A stretch of DNA of 64,000 nucleotides from Octopus sinensis (Eukaryota): assembly GCF_006345805.1 (NCBI RefSeq), contig NC_042997.1:108004001-108068000 (forward strand), read 5' to 3'. Below are positions 53,240 to 64,000 of the stretch, piece by piece (the first letter of the stretch is position 1; each line of letters begins with the position of its first letter). The notes beneath the pieces are model-generated. The model saw only the letters and a program-made list of their open reading frames with translations, was not told where the DNA came from and searched no databases. The position numbers were made by a program, and so were the translations under genes.

Positions 53240-53935
53240 AATGCAGTCTTCTAGCGCCTACAGAGTACCTCAACAGGCATGATAGAGCTGCACAATATAT
53301 TCACTGGGTAATTTGCAAAAACCTGGATTTGCCCCATGAAGAAAACTGGTGGGAACACAATCCACCTCCAGTGCTTGAAAATGACCACATCTCACTCCTC
53401 TGGAACTTCACCATTCAAACTGACATAAAGATAGATCCAAATAGGCCAGACATCATATTGAAAGACTTCAGACAATGAACATGCCTCCTCATTGATATGA
53501 CTGTCCCAATCGATATAAACGTCAAGACCTACCAAAAACTGAGCAAATATAAAGATCTTGAAATAGAAATCAGCAAAATGTGGAACCTGAAGACTAAAAC
53601 AATACCTGTTGTCATAGGTGCCCTGGGAATGAAAGCGAAAGGGACTGATTGCTACCTAACTCAGATACCAGGAAACCCCAAAATGGCAGAAATTCAAAAG
53701 ATAGTGCTCATGGGAACTGCTCATATCCTACGCAAAATACTCTCTAATCCCAAGGTTTGAAACAAACTTTTTTTTTTATGTATTAGACATTCACTAGTAA
53801 AACACCAAAAAAAACCCAAATATATGGCACACTAGGCATAACAACAACGTGAACTTCCAACCTGCTGTCTCTTGAGGTCTCTGGGTGAGACTTGGAGCCA
53901 ACTTGTACAGATATAAAGCAAAAGTCAAACATAGA
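53240..53935 (+). mobile_element. R4/Dong-clade LINE 3' end (RLE and 3'UTR) followed by (AAT)n; sister fragment at 54520-55080
   Basis: RPDIILKDF...LIDMTVPID...KYKDLEIEISKMWNLKTKTIPVVIGALGM. Confidence 0.85.
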
Positions 53936-54075
53936 ATAATAATAATAATAACAACAATAATAGTAATAGTAATAATAATAATAATAGTAACAATAATAAT
54001 AAGAGTAATAATAATAATAATAATGATGATAATAATAATAATAATAATAATAATAATTATAATAATAACAATAAC

Positions 54076-54125
<50 letters not shown>

Positions 54126-54135
54126 TAACAACAAC

Positions 54136-54196
<61 letters not shown>

Positions 54197-54226
54197 TTAA
54201 TAATAATAATAATAAAGATAATAATA

Positions 54227-54264
<38 letters not shown>

Positions 54265-55084
54265 ATTTTTTGTATTTTTTGTGCCACATAAACGTGTCAG
54301 CCATATGAATTCGTCTTGTGGACACGATTCCGATTATGGCACTACATAAAAAAAACATGTCTGGTCTCGCGACACTCCTCGGAAAACCCTCGGCTCAGGT
54401 AGCACCCTTCTTCGGTTGGTTCTTTTGGTCTTGAGAAGGTCTTAAGAAAGTCATGTGCTGTTTATTTTGATATGAGATCGCCATGTCGCGCACATATGGT
54501 TGTGTTGTGTGTCTGGTGTACCCATATCAGAAGACTAAAATTGCTGCCTTAGATATTCTTACAGATAAATGACAAGAAAAACCTCTCAATGGCAAATACT
54601 CAAAGAAAGCTACTAATGCCGATGTTGACAAAGACCTTACCCATCTATGGCTAATGGCCTCTGGCTTAAAATCAGAAACAGAAGGGTTTATTATATCAGC
54701 CCAAGATCAATGGCTACCTACAAGGAACTACCAGGCCAACATATTAAAGAATGGCGGAAGCCCAACATGTCCTTTATATAAACAACAAAATGAAACGATT
54801 GATCATGTTGTCTCCATGTGCAGTCTTCTTACAGAGTAACTCAACAGGCATGATAGAGCTGCACAATATATTCAATGGGTAATTTGCATAAACCTGGACT
54901 TACCCCATGATAAAAAACTGGTGGGAACACAAACCACCTCCGGTACTTAAAAATGGTCACATCTCACTCTTCTGGAACTTCATTATTCAAACTGACAGAA
55001 AGATAGATGCAAATAGGCTGGACATTATATTGAAAGACTTCAGACAAAAATCATGCCTCCTCATTGATATGACTATCCCAAGGT

Positions 55085-55285
55085 TGGTGGAACCATATCA
55101 GCTGTTTTGACGATGTTACAGAAAGATATGCTGAAGCCAACGTTTTTAAAGAAGGTTCTTAATCTTTTTTAGCTTGTTCAATTGTCTGGTCACTAGAATT
55201 TTGAATAGTGAACAGAGCGTCATCTCTGTATAGACCGCCAGAGATGTTGGAAAATTGTTCATGGAGACCGTTAAGTAGGTACTTA
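55085..55285 (-). mobile_element. Penelope-like RT fragment (YRDD)
   Basis: FSNISGGLYRDDAL. Confidence 0.7.
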
Positions 55286-55621
55286 TACATACATACATAC
55301 ATGCATACATACATACATACATACATACATACATACATACATACATACATACATACATACATACATGCATACATACATACATACATACATACATACATAC
55401 ATGCATACATACATACATACATACATACATACATACATGCATACATACATACATACATACATACATTCTTGCATGCAAGCATGTATGTATGTATGTATGT
55501 ATGATGTATGTATGTATGTATAGTCAATACAAACCAGAGCAGGCAAGAAAAAATGACAACGCGAGGACGTAGAACAAGTATAGTGTTATTGGACGCTCAG
55601 GAAAGGAAAGAAAGAAGGAGG

Positions 55622-55657
55622 ATTTAACGTTTCGAGCGGAGCTCTTCGTCAGAAACA
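55622..55657 (-). ncRNA. Minimal type I hammerhead motif (PLE-type)
   Basis: Minus strand reads TGTTT-CTGACGA-A-GAGC(TCC)GCTC-GAAAC-GTT|AAAT. It has an extra A after A9, palindromic AACGTT, a GUU triplet and a short stem I. Confidence 0.55.
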
Positions 55658-55722
55658 TAGAAAAAGGAAAGGTCCAAGGAAGGGAAGACGGAGAAAGAAA
55701 ATCGCCAACGATACACACGCGG

Positions 55723-55785
<63 letters not shown>

Positions 55786-56582
55786 CAGACAGACGAATAG
55801 AGGGATAGATAAATAGATACACGTATACATAACTACATACGTAGCTACTTACCTACCTACATACATTCATACATAAATATGCACAAATATATACACGCTC
55901 TGTGTATGCGAATATACGTGTATACTGACACACATTTATGAAATAAATAACTGACGAGTTATTTTTCCCCCAAATGCACCTGGAAACCATGTTATAAACA
56001 TTACACACGCACACACAAACACACACGCATAAACACACATTATGTATATGTGTGTGTGTGTGTATGGGTGAGTGGTGTGTGATAACGTGAACAGTCTGAC
56101 CTCAGAGATTCCATTTGTCAAGATGGAAACAATTAACATAACTCATCTGTTTTCTGTGATTCGTTGTTATAAAAATCGCCAGTCAGACAGAAATGGAGGC
56201 AGAAATTGTAGATATTTGATGTTGCAGAAGAAGTTCACCTGTTTAGAGACATTCCTCTCTCTTCCGCCGACAAACTGAGACGCACATCACTCATATAACC
56301 CAACGCCATCTTCTATCATTCAAACTCTACCGTCCTCCTCTTCTTCTTCCTCCTCCTCGTTTCCTCCCTCCCTACTATCCTCCTTTTTCTTCTCCGCCTT
56401 CTCGTCCCCCTCCTCCTCCTCTACCTCTCCGCCTCCTTCACCGCCTCCTCTTCTTCTTCCTCCTTCTCTTCTTCTTCATCCTTCTCTTCCTCTTCTGCCT
56501 CCTCCTCCTCTTCCTCCTCCTTATCTTCCTCCTAATCTTCTTCTTCCTCCTCTTGCTTCTTCTTCTTCTTCTTCTTCTTCTT

Positions 56583-56645
<63 letters not shown>

Positions 56646-56729
56646 ATTATTATTATTCTCCTTCTCCCCTACTCCTCCGTCTCATTCACCTCCTTCTCCT
56701 CCTTATTATCATCATCTTCATTATTCGGC

Positions 56730-58080
56730 CAACTGTTGCTCTCCAATCTACAGGTGCACCCTAACCCTAAGTATGTACCAGTAGACTGGAGTACAACAAT
56801 CCTCTCAAATACGAGATGGCTAAACTAGGGAGAAAGGAAAAGATGACGAGAGTGCCAATTGCTGTTGGGTCTTAATCCAGAAATTCTGGATTAAGAAAAA
56901 CACTGAAGGACCATTTGATGTAAGCATAGGATCAAAGAACTCTGCAGAAATAAGCGACATTAGATTACACAACAAATTTCCATCAGTCTCAGGTGGTCTA
57001 TATAGGAACGACGGTCTACTCCTACTAAGAAAATACAACCCACATAAAGCTGGTTAGTTTAGGAAAGATCTACATTACTTCTTCAAAAAGTTGGGCTTTT
57101 CAATTACAGTAGAAACGTATCTAAAGTCAGTCAACTTCCTAGATGTTACCCTTAAGCTGGAATCAATTATCTGTAAGTCAGACAAGAATGATATCGAAAA
57201 CATTCACTATATACAGAAACAATCCAACCACCCCAAAAGCATTATCACAAACCTAATAAAAAACATATCTCTCAGACTTTCCTCTTTATCTTCAAATGAA
57301 AAAGTACTATACGAAATAGCAACTCTATATAATGAATTTCTTAATATTACAAGGAAAAAGTGCAATATATAAACAACAATCTTCCCACAATAAATAAAAT
57401 GCGTAAGATTAGAAATAGGAAAAATATCTGGTATAAACCCCCACCACTTCAAAATACAATTCTCCGCACCAATAGTTAAATTATTTTTCAAAATAATGCA
57501 GAAACACTTCCACCCCAACAAGTATTACAAACTAATCAACAAACGCAACGTAAAGTTGTCATATTCAATAACCAACAACTTTGAAAAAATTATAGTCAAC
57601 TACAATCACCAAAAATTGTAAACCTAAACTACTCGCACATTAACAATCGCAATTGTAGAACACCTTTATCTGCTCTCTAGAAGGAAACTGTCTCTCAAGA
57701 AATAAGGTATATAGCGCAACAGTAACTGCAAACATGACACCAACTACTATATCTACATATATAGAATCTACAGCAAACAAGTTCAATGCAAGATACAATC
57801 AACACGCGCACACTTTTCGCAACTCAAACAAGAAAATAACACATCACTGTTCAAACATATATGGTTATTAAAATAAGAAACACTCCGTTTGGCATCAAGT
57901 GAAAAATACTCTCTCACACATACAACCATACCAACAAACCCTGCCAACTTTGTACAAACGAATCCTACCACATTCAAACATTCATGTACTAAATCCTGAG
58001 CCGAAACTCCGAACTAGTCTCTTCATGCAAGCACAAAATCTTAAAAATACTTCAAACCAATAATCTTTTCTAACGGCTAA
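56730..58080 (+). mobile_element. Penelope-like element remnant (RT C-terminus and GIY-YIG EN); further PLE-like fragment at 58570-59210
   Basis: SGGLYRNDGL, VNFLDVTL, SNHPKSII, KHFHPNK...VKLSYS and the IKW/CQLC EN motif pieces, with many frameshifts. Confidence 0.85.
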
Positions 58081-59218
58081 ACTTCTCAATATCTCACCAA
58101 CTCCCCTCCATCCACCTACACCACAAACTTTCCCTATAATGTAAAATAAAACACCCTAACAGCTTTACACTAAACAAATACTCAAGAAGTCATCTAAAAG
58201 TTTCCAACAAACATTCCCGCACAAGATTTTACACAAACCTTCATACATAAAATGTATACTTGTATGCAAGCAAAGTGAAAGAACCCTTTCCGTCATCTTC
58301 ATTTAAAAAATTATATACTATTTTTGTTCTCAATTTCATGCACAATTATATATATATTTCTTTACTACCCACCAGGGGCTAAACAAGGACAGACAAAGCG
58401 ATTAAGTCGATTCCATCGACCCCAGTGCGTAACTGGTACTTAATTTATCGACCCCGAAAGGATGAAAGGCAAAGTCAACCTCGGCGGAATTTGAACTCAG
58501 AACGTAACAGCAGACGAAATACGGCTACGCATTTCGCCCGGCGTGCTAACGTTTCTGCCAGCTCGCCATACACACCGTCTAGATCATCCTCCACTTGAGC
58601 ATATATCTAGAACAGAATGTGAAAAAACTTATAAACAAACACCAAACAAACTCCACCTTTACAACACAAGAAATTTAAAATCCCTATATACTAATCAAAT
58701 TGCATTTTGAACACAGAATGCCTAGAGGGGAACATATAAACACCCCACATTTACTCAGAGAGATTTGAGAACGTCAAAGCACGAAAGAAACTGCTTTCTA
58801 TACTAACAAAATCACGATATGCCTGACTAATAATCTCAGCTTTACAAATGAAAGCAAGAATAAGAAGAAACGCTCAGCCTAAACTTACCACCTACCTGTA
58901 TTCTTTTGTGAAATGAAGTTGACACACATTTAATTACTAAGGGCTTAAATAATAGACTTTGGACCTTTGACTTTTACATTGTAAATCCAATTATACTGAA
59001 AGCAACAAAAATCCCGTCACGCCCTGTGTCTGCCCAACAAAAGAGAAACACTCACGGGCTTGTTTACAAAGTTCTACACGCATGAATAAATTCTAAACAA
59101 TAACATAACACCAAATTTAATCAAATAAAAGTTTTCCAAAACACCGGCAGTCCGACGATGGCTTAGCTGACCGAAACTTCGAACCCACTGTCAACAATAT
59201 TCTTGTATAAGAATAATA

Positions 59219-59249
<31 letters not shown>

Positions 59250-59918
59250 TAGATATATAATATATATATATTATATATATAGCTTCGAATCGAGAGAGGT
59301 TGCGCTTTCACAGGGATGAATTTTATCAAAGCGTACATCGGTTTAGCTGCATATCGACTAATATACTTTGGGTTTAATTAATTTGTATTAGTATCAGTGT
59401 TAGTACTTATGAAGTTGAAGTTGTTGTTAAAGATGTTTTCATCTATTCGATAAAGGACCACAAAATTTTAATAATGCATAATGTAATCTTAATTGCAAAA
59501 TATGAATGAAGGTAAGAAATTAACACGTACGTGGCCGATATGAAATTGACTATTGTATAAATATATTCATTTTTTCTGTGTTCAAACTCTCTATATTTCT
59601 TATATAAGGCTATAATTCAAGGTGTGTTCTCAGGAACCACATCTGCATACTTCAGTATTCCAAAAGTGTATGTAAATGATATATTTGTGTGAGGTATGCA
59701 TAAGAGTTGAAACCTACTGGAAAATATTTTTGGCAATATTATTTTATTCTCAGTCGGCAGAATTCCTAATAAGAATATCCTGCATGTACTATTGTGTAAC
59801 TCTTATTAGCAAATTAATCACGTGCAATAGTGAATAAATAACACCAAAAATTTTTCTAATCCGTTTTGACAAATGTATGTATATATTATATATTAATATA
59901 TATATAATATATTATATA

Positions 59919-59954
<36 letters not shown>

Positions 59955-59958
<4 letters not shown>

Positions 59959-60280
59959 CCCCCTTCGGTCATGAATGACCATGGGATTGCACCTAGAAAG
60001 TTACCTTCCTAGATACAAGTCCGGGCAAGGTTGTTTATGGAAGGCCAGCAGTCGCCCATGCATACCAGCCTCCCCTCTCCACGCCACCAGTGTTATCAAG
60101 GGAAAGACAAAGGTCGATACAGCTTGGCACCTGTGACGTCGCAACTCATTTCTACAGCTGAGTGAACTGGAGCAGCGTGAAATAAAGTGCCTTGCTCGAG
60201 AACACACACGAAGCCCGGTCCGGGATTCGAGCTCACAACCTCACGATCGTAAGCTCGACGCTCTAACCACTGAGCCAGCG
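59955..60280 (-). mobile_element. tRNA-derived SINE with a CORE/V-like central domain (decayed relative at 22330-22590)
   Basis: Head GGCTCAGTGGTTAGAGCG...GAGCTCGAATCCCG, then ctcgagcaaggcactt...actcagctgtagaaatgag. Confidence 0.75.
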
Positions 60281-60579
60281 ATATATATATATATATATAT
60301 ATAATATATATATATATGATATAGTATATATATATATATTATATATATAATTATATTATATATAATATATATACATATATATATATATATATAATATATA
60401 TACATATATATATATTATATTATATATATATATATATATATATACCATATATATATACAATATAGCATATATATATATATACATATATATACTATTACAT
60501 ATATATATATATATATATAATATATATATATTATATATATATATCTATATATATATATAATACATATATTATATATATA

Positions 60580-60614
<35 letters not shown>

Positions 60615-60862
60615 CATATATACATATAATATATATATATATATCTATATATATCTTATATATATATATTATATACTAAGCAATAAGGGTTTAGCAACGA
60701 ATTGCCTTACCACATACCGATTTAGAAATAGCAGTCAAAGAGTTATAGCTATTTCTTCTACTAAAAAGGGAGATCTCAGTAAAAACAGCAATTGGAAGGC
60801 AGACACAAACAGGTAAGAGAGAATGAATTGACGCGGCAATCTATCATACATTTTTAAGTTAT

Positions 60863-60968
60863 CTACGGAGTACGTTTCGAAATCAAGTTTTTAGGAAAGC
60901 ATAAGAATAAATATTAAATATTAAAAAATTCTATCTTACCGAAACTTCTTTTTTTCTCTTCAGCGTAG
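60863..60968 (-). ncRNA. Second hammerhead copy with a 1-nt deletion in stem III (GAAAC-GTAC-TC|CGTAG)
   Basis: Otherwise equivalent to 61452-61556. Confidence 0.65.
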
Positions 60969-61451
60969 ATACTATAATCATAAATGATTATATATTGAAT
61001 TTTGAGATACTAGAAGGCACCAACTCAACTCAGTATCAGAGGCGAGCTAGAATCCGCAACTAGTATCACCGAATTCAATTTGTGAATGAAACGATTGTGT
61101 CACCAGCCCCTTCCCCCCCACCGCGTGGGATGCTGGTCATCTACTGAGATAAAATATGGTTATCCGTAATAATGAAGGTGAAATTAATTAATTGGAATAA
61201 TTATCAATTACACCAAGTAGTCTTCGGCATGTAAAAGCCTCATTCGAGGAAAATTAAGTAATACTAAGCAATAAAGGGTTTAGCAACGAATTGCCTTACC
61301 AACATACCGAATTTAGAAATAGCAGTCCAAAGAGTTATAGCTATTCTTCTACTAAAAAGGGAGATCTCAGTAAAAACAGCAATTGGAAGGCAGACACAAA
61401 CAGGTAAGAGAGAATGAATTGACGGCAATCTATCATACATTTTTAAGTTAT

Positions 61452-61556
61452 CTACGGACGTACGTTTCGAAATCAAGTTTTTAGGAAAGCATAAGAATTA
61501 AATATTAAATATTAAATAATTCTATCTTACCGAAACTTCTTTTCTCTTCAGCGTAG
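61452..61556 (-). ncRNA. Type I hammerhead ribozyme, apparently intact
   Basis: Minus strand reads CTACG-CTGAAGA-GAAA...long AT-rich stem II...TTTC-GAAAC-GTAC-GTC|CGTAG, with a 5-bp stem I and a GUC triplet. Confidence 0.85.
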
Positions 61557-61728
61557 AATACTATAATCATAAATGATTATATATTGAATTTTGAGATACT
61601 AGAAGGCACAACTCAACTCAGTATCAGAGCGAGCTAGAATCCGCAACTAGTATCACCGAATTCAATTTGTGAATGAAACGATTGTGTCACCAGCCCCTTC
61701 CCACCCGCGTGTATATATATAATATATA

Positions 61729-61808
<80 letters not shown>

Positions 61809-62021
61809 ATATATTATATATATATTATATATATATTTATAACATATATACACGTATACGCACGACCTACAATACCATATCTTTCTGTGTTTGACTTCAT
61901 TCTATTAATATCTTGATATAATTCCACCAGAAAGAGCAAATCAAGATTAAAGGAATTGAAATTGTCAGCAGAACAGAAAAGGTTCAGTCAGTATACATAC
62001 ATATATGTGTATATATATTTA

Positions 62022-62085
<64 letters not shown>

Positions 62086-62123
62086 ATCTATCTATCTATC
62101 TATCTATCTATTATATATATTAT

Positions 62124-62165
<42 letters not shown>

Positions 62166-63239
62166 GTGTGTGTTGTGTGGTGTGTGTGTGTGTGTGTGGT
62201 GTATGTATGTATGTATGTATGTATGTATGTATGTATGTATATAGGAAAAATAGAAGTTAAAAATGCCCTGAGAATAGTTAAAATATTTAAACACCTACTA
62301 ATAAACATCTAATTGTTAGATTGGAAAAATTATCAGATCCATTTCTATTCATTTTTTCAAATATATAATACTCTACACCCGAAGCCGCCACCACCACCAC
62401 CACCACAGCCACAGCAAAAGTAAGAATTTTATCACGTCCACCCCTTTCCCTCACAATAGCTATCCCCATCACCACCACCCCTACCATTACTTGTACCCAC
62501 CCCCAAATACAGGACGTTTACATTCAATTATAGCCTTTCTCTTTCTCTTCTTTCTCCACATATCCTTTCTATCTCTTCTCCCCCTCCTTTCATATATCGT
62601 CTCCCATTTCATACAAAACGTAGTTTTTGCATTTTTTCTTACGAATCTTCAACGATTTTATTTATTTATGTCTATTTATTTATCATATATTCATCTATTT
62701 ATTCACCTAGTTATTATTCATTCTACCTATTTCCATTACACCCCCACCCTCATTTTATCAATCCCATCTTTTATGTCAGTTCCCTCTCTGTCTCTCTGTG
62801 TACAGATGTGCACGTATCTGTGTGTAGGTTGTAGTTTCTCCACGCTATTCTTCAACGACTCCTTCCTCAATTCTATCTTCAACTGCTCTATTTGTTCTGC
62901 TAGACAGTGGAACCAGCCAGGAACATCAAAACAACCTAAATATTGTCCAACCAGCCGACAAACTGAGTTCCAGATATGAAAGTTAAGGAAACATCAGAGA
63001 GTAAACAGGTACACTTACCTGGTCCTCACTTAAGACAACCCCATCCAAAGTATAGATCAAAAGATCAAACAATTATCAACAAGGGCGTAGTCGTGGTTGT
63101 GTGGTAAGAAGCTTGCTTTCCAGCTTCCTAATCACATGATTCCAGGGCAAGTGTCATCTTCTATGGTCCAGAAGGCGACCAAAAGCTTGTGAATGGATTT
63201 GGTAGACGGAAACTGAGAAAAGCTCGTCGTATATGTATA

Positions 63240-64000
63240 CAGTGGTTGGACAAAATAACGGAAACACCTTAAAATTTATTTTATTACTGGATGGGACTGC
63301 CTTTGGCTGCTGTAATTAAAGCTTGAATTCTACAAGATATGGACTTGTACAAAGTTTGATTGTTTCCAAAGGAATTTTTGTCCATTCTTTAGCTAAAACA
63401 GTCTCCAGTTCTTGTAGTGATGATGGTGGACGATATCGACTCCTTATATATGTTTTTCTAAAATGCACCATAAATGTTCACTAATATTGAGATCTGGGGA
63501 CTGTGGTGGCCAGATAAGATGCTCAACTTCACTAGAATGTTCCTAGTTCTATTCAGTAACAACTTCAGCTGTGTGAATTGGTGTATTATCATCCGGAAAG
63601 ATTGCTTTTCCCCCGGAAACAATTCCGCAACCATTGGATGAATTTGATCAGATAAAATGCTTAAAAAGTCTTCACTATTAATTCTGCCATGAAGGGAAAC
63701 CATTAAGCCCGCGGATTTCCAAGATATAGCCCCCAGACCATCACAGATCCTCCTCCATGTTTAACAGTTGGAAGAAGGCAGTCTGGGTCAAATGCTTCTT
63801 TTGGCTGTCTCCACACGTATACTCGGCCGGTGGTCGAAATTATTCTTCCACTGCTTTAGGGACCAATTCTGTAGGTTTTTACTCCAATCTAAACGCTTTG
63901 CAACGTTTGTTTTTGAAAGTAGTGGTTTTCTGATTGCAGCCCACCCATGAAATCCAGTTTTATGTAGCTCCCGGTGAACAGCTTTTGTGGAAACTGGTTT
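63240..64000 (-). mobile_element. Tc1-like transposon, 3' part, inserted at TA in a SINE; runs off the window
   Basis: TA|CAGTGGTTGGACAAAATAACGGAAACACC TIR, and the WPPQSPDLNISEHLW motif. Confidence 0.85.

Larger units (their letters stand above)
60673..61710 (-). mobile_element. Tandem ~588-bp hammerhead-containing repeat (retrozyme-like), 1.76 copies between (TA)n tracts
   Basis: 60673-61260 is repeated from 61261. Each copy carries an HHR at the same position and has no significant ORF. Confidence 0.8.

Noticed and set aside
54330-54420. Possible HDV-like ribozyme (ACTCCTCGG) near a Dong fragment
   Set aside because: The P1/P2/P3 nested pseudoknot could not be built, and the homologous copy at ~52030 lacks the motif.
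60150-60280. tRNA-Val-like sequence
   Set aside because: It has no proper acceptor stem or terminator and continues into a SINE body, so it is called as a SINE head.

Overview
AT-rich, microsatellite-dense animal genomic DNA. The SINE, MITE and LINE families look like an octopus or other cephalopod; this is inferred, not searched. One host gene is supported: the last five coding exons of a MEAK7/TLDC1 (TLDc-domain) orthologue on + (6615-20087). All five have AG acceptors, GT donors and consistent phases, and the 5' exons were not found in the window. The rest is mostly decayed mobile DNA: Penelope-like elements (PLE), RTE and R4/Dong LINEs, Helitrons, Tc1/mariner/pogo elements, piggyBac-type MITEs and tRNA-SINEs. 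The most notable signal is RNA-level: several type I hammerhead ribozyme (HHR) motifs. One is apparently intact at 3453-3540 (-). Another is carried in a ~588-bp tandem repeat at 60673-61710 (-) with the architecture of a non-LTR retrozyme (predicted ~589-nt circularisable monomer). A tRNA-headed, HHR-tailed SINE-like unit forms a head-to-head foldback at 15266-15734. A minimal HHR lies at 55622-55657, and several relics are also present. No ribozyme activity or database identity was tested.
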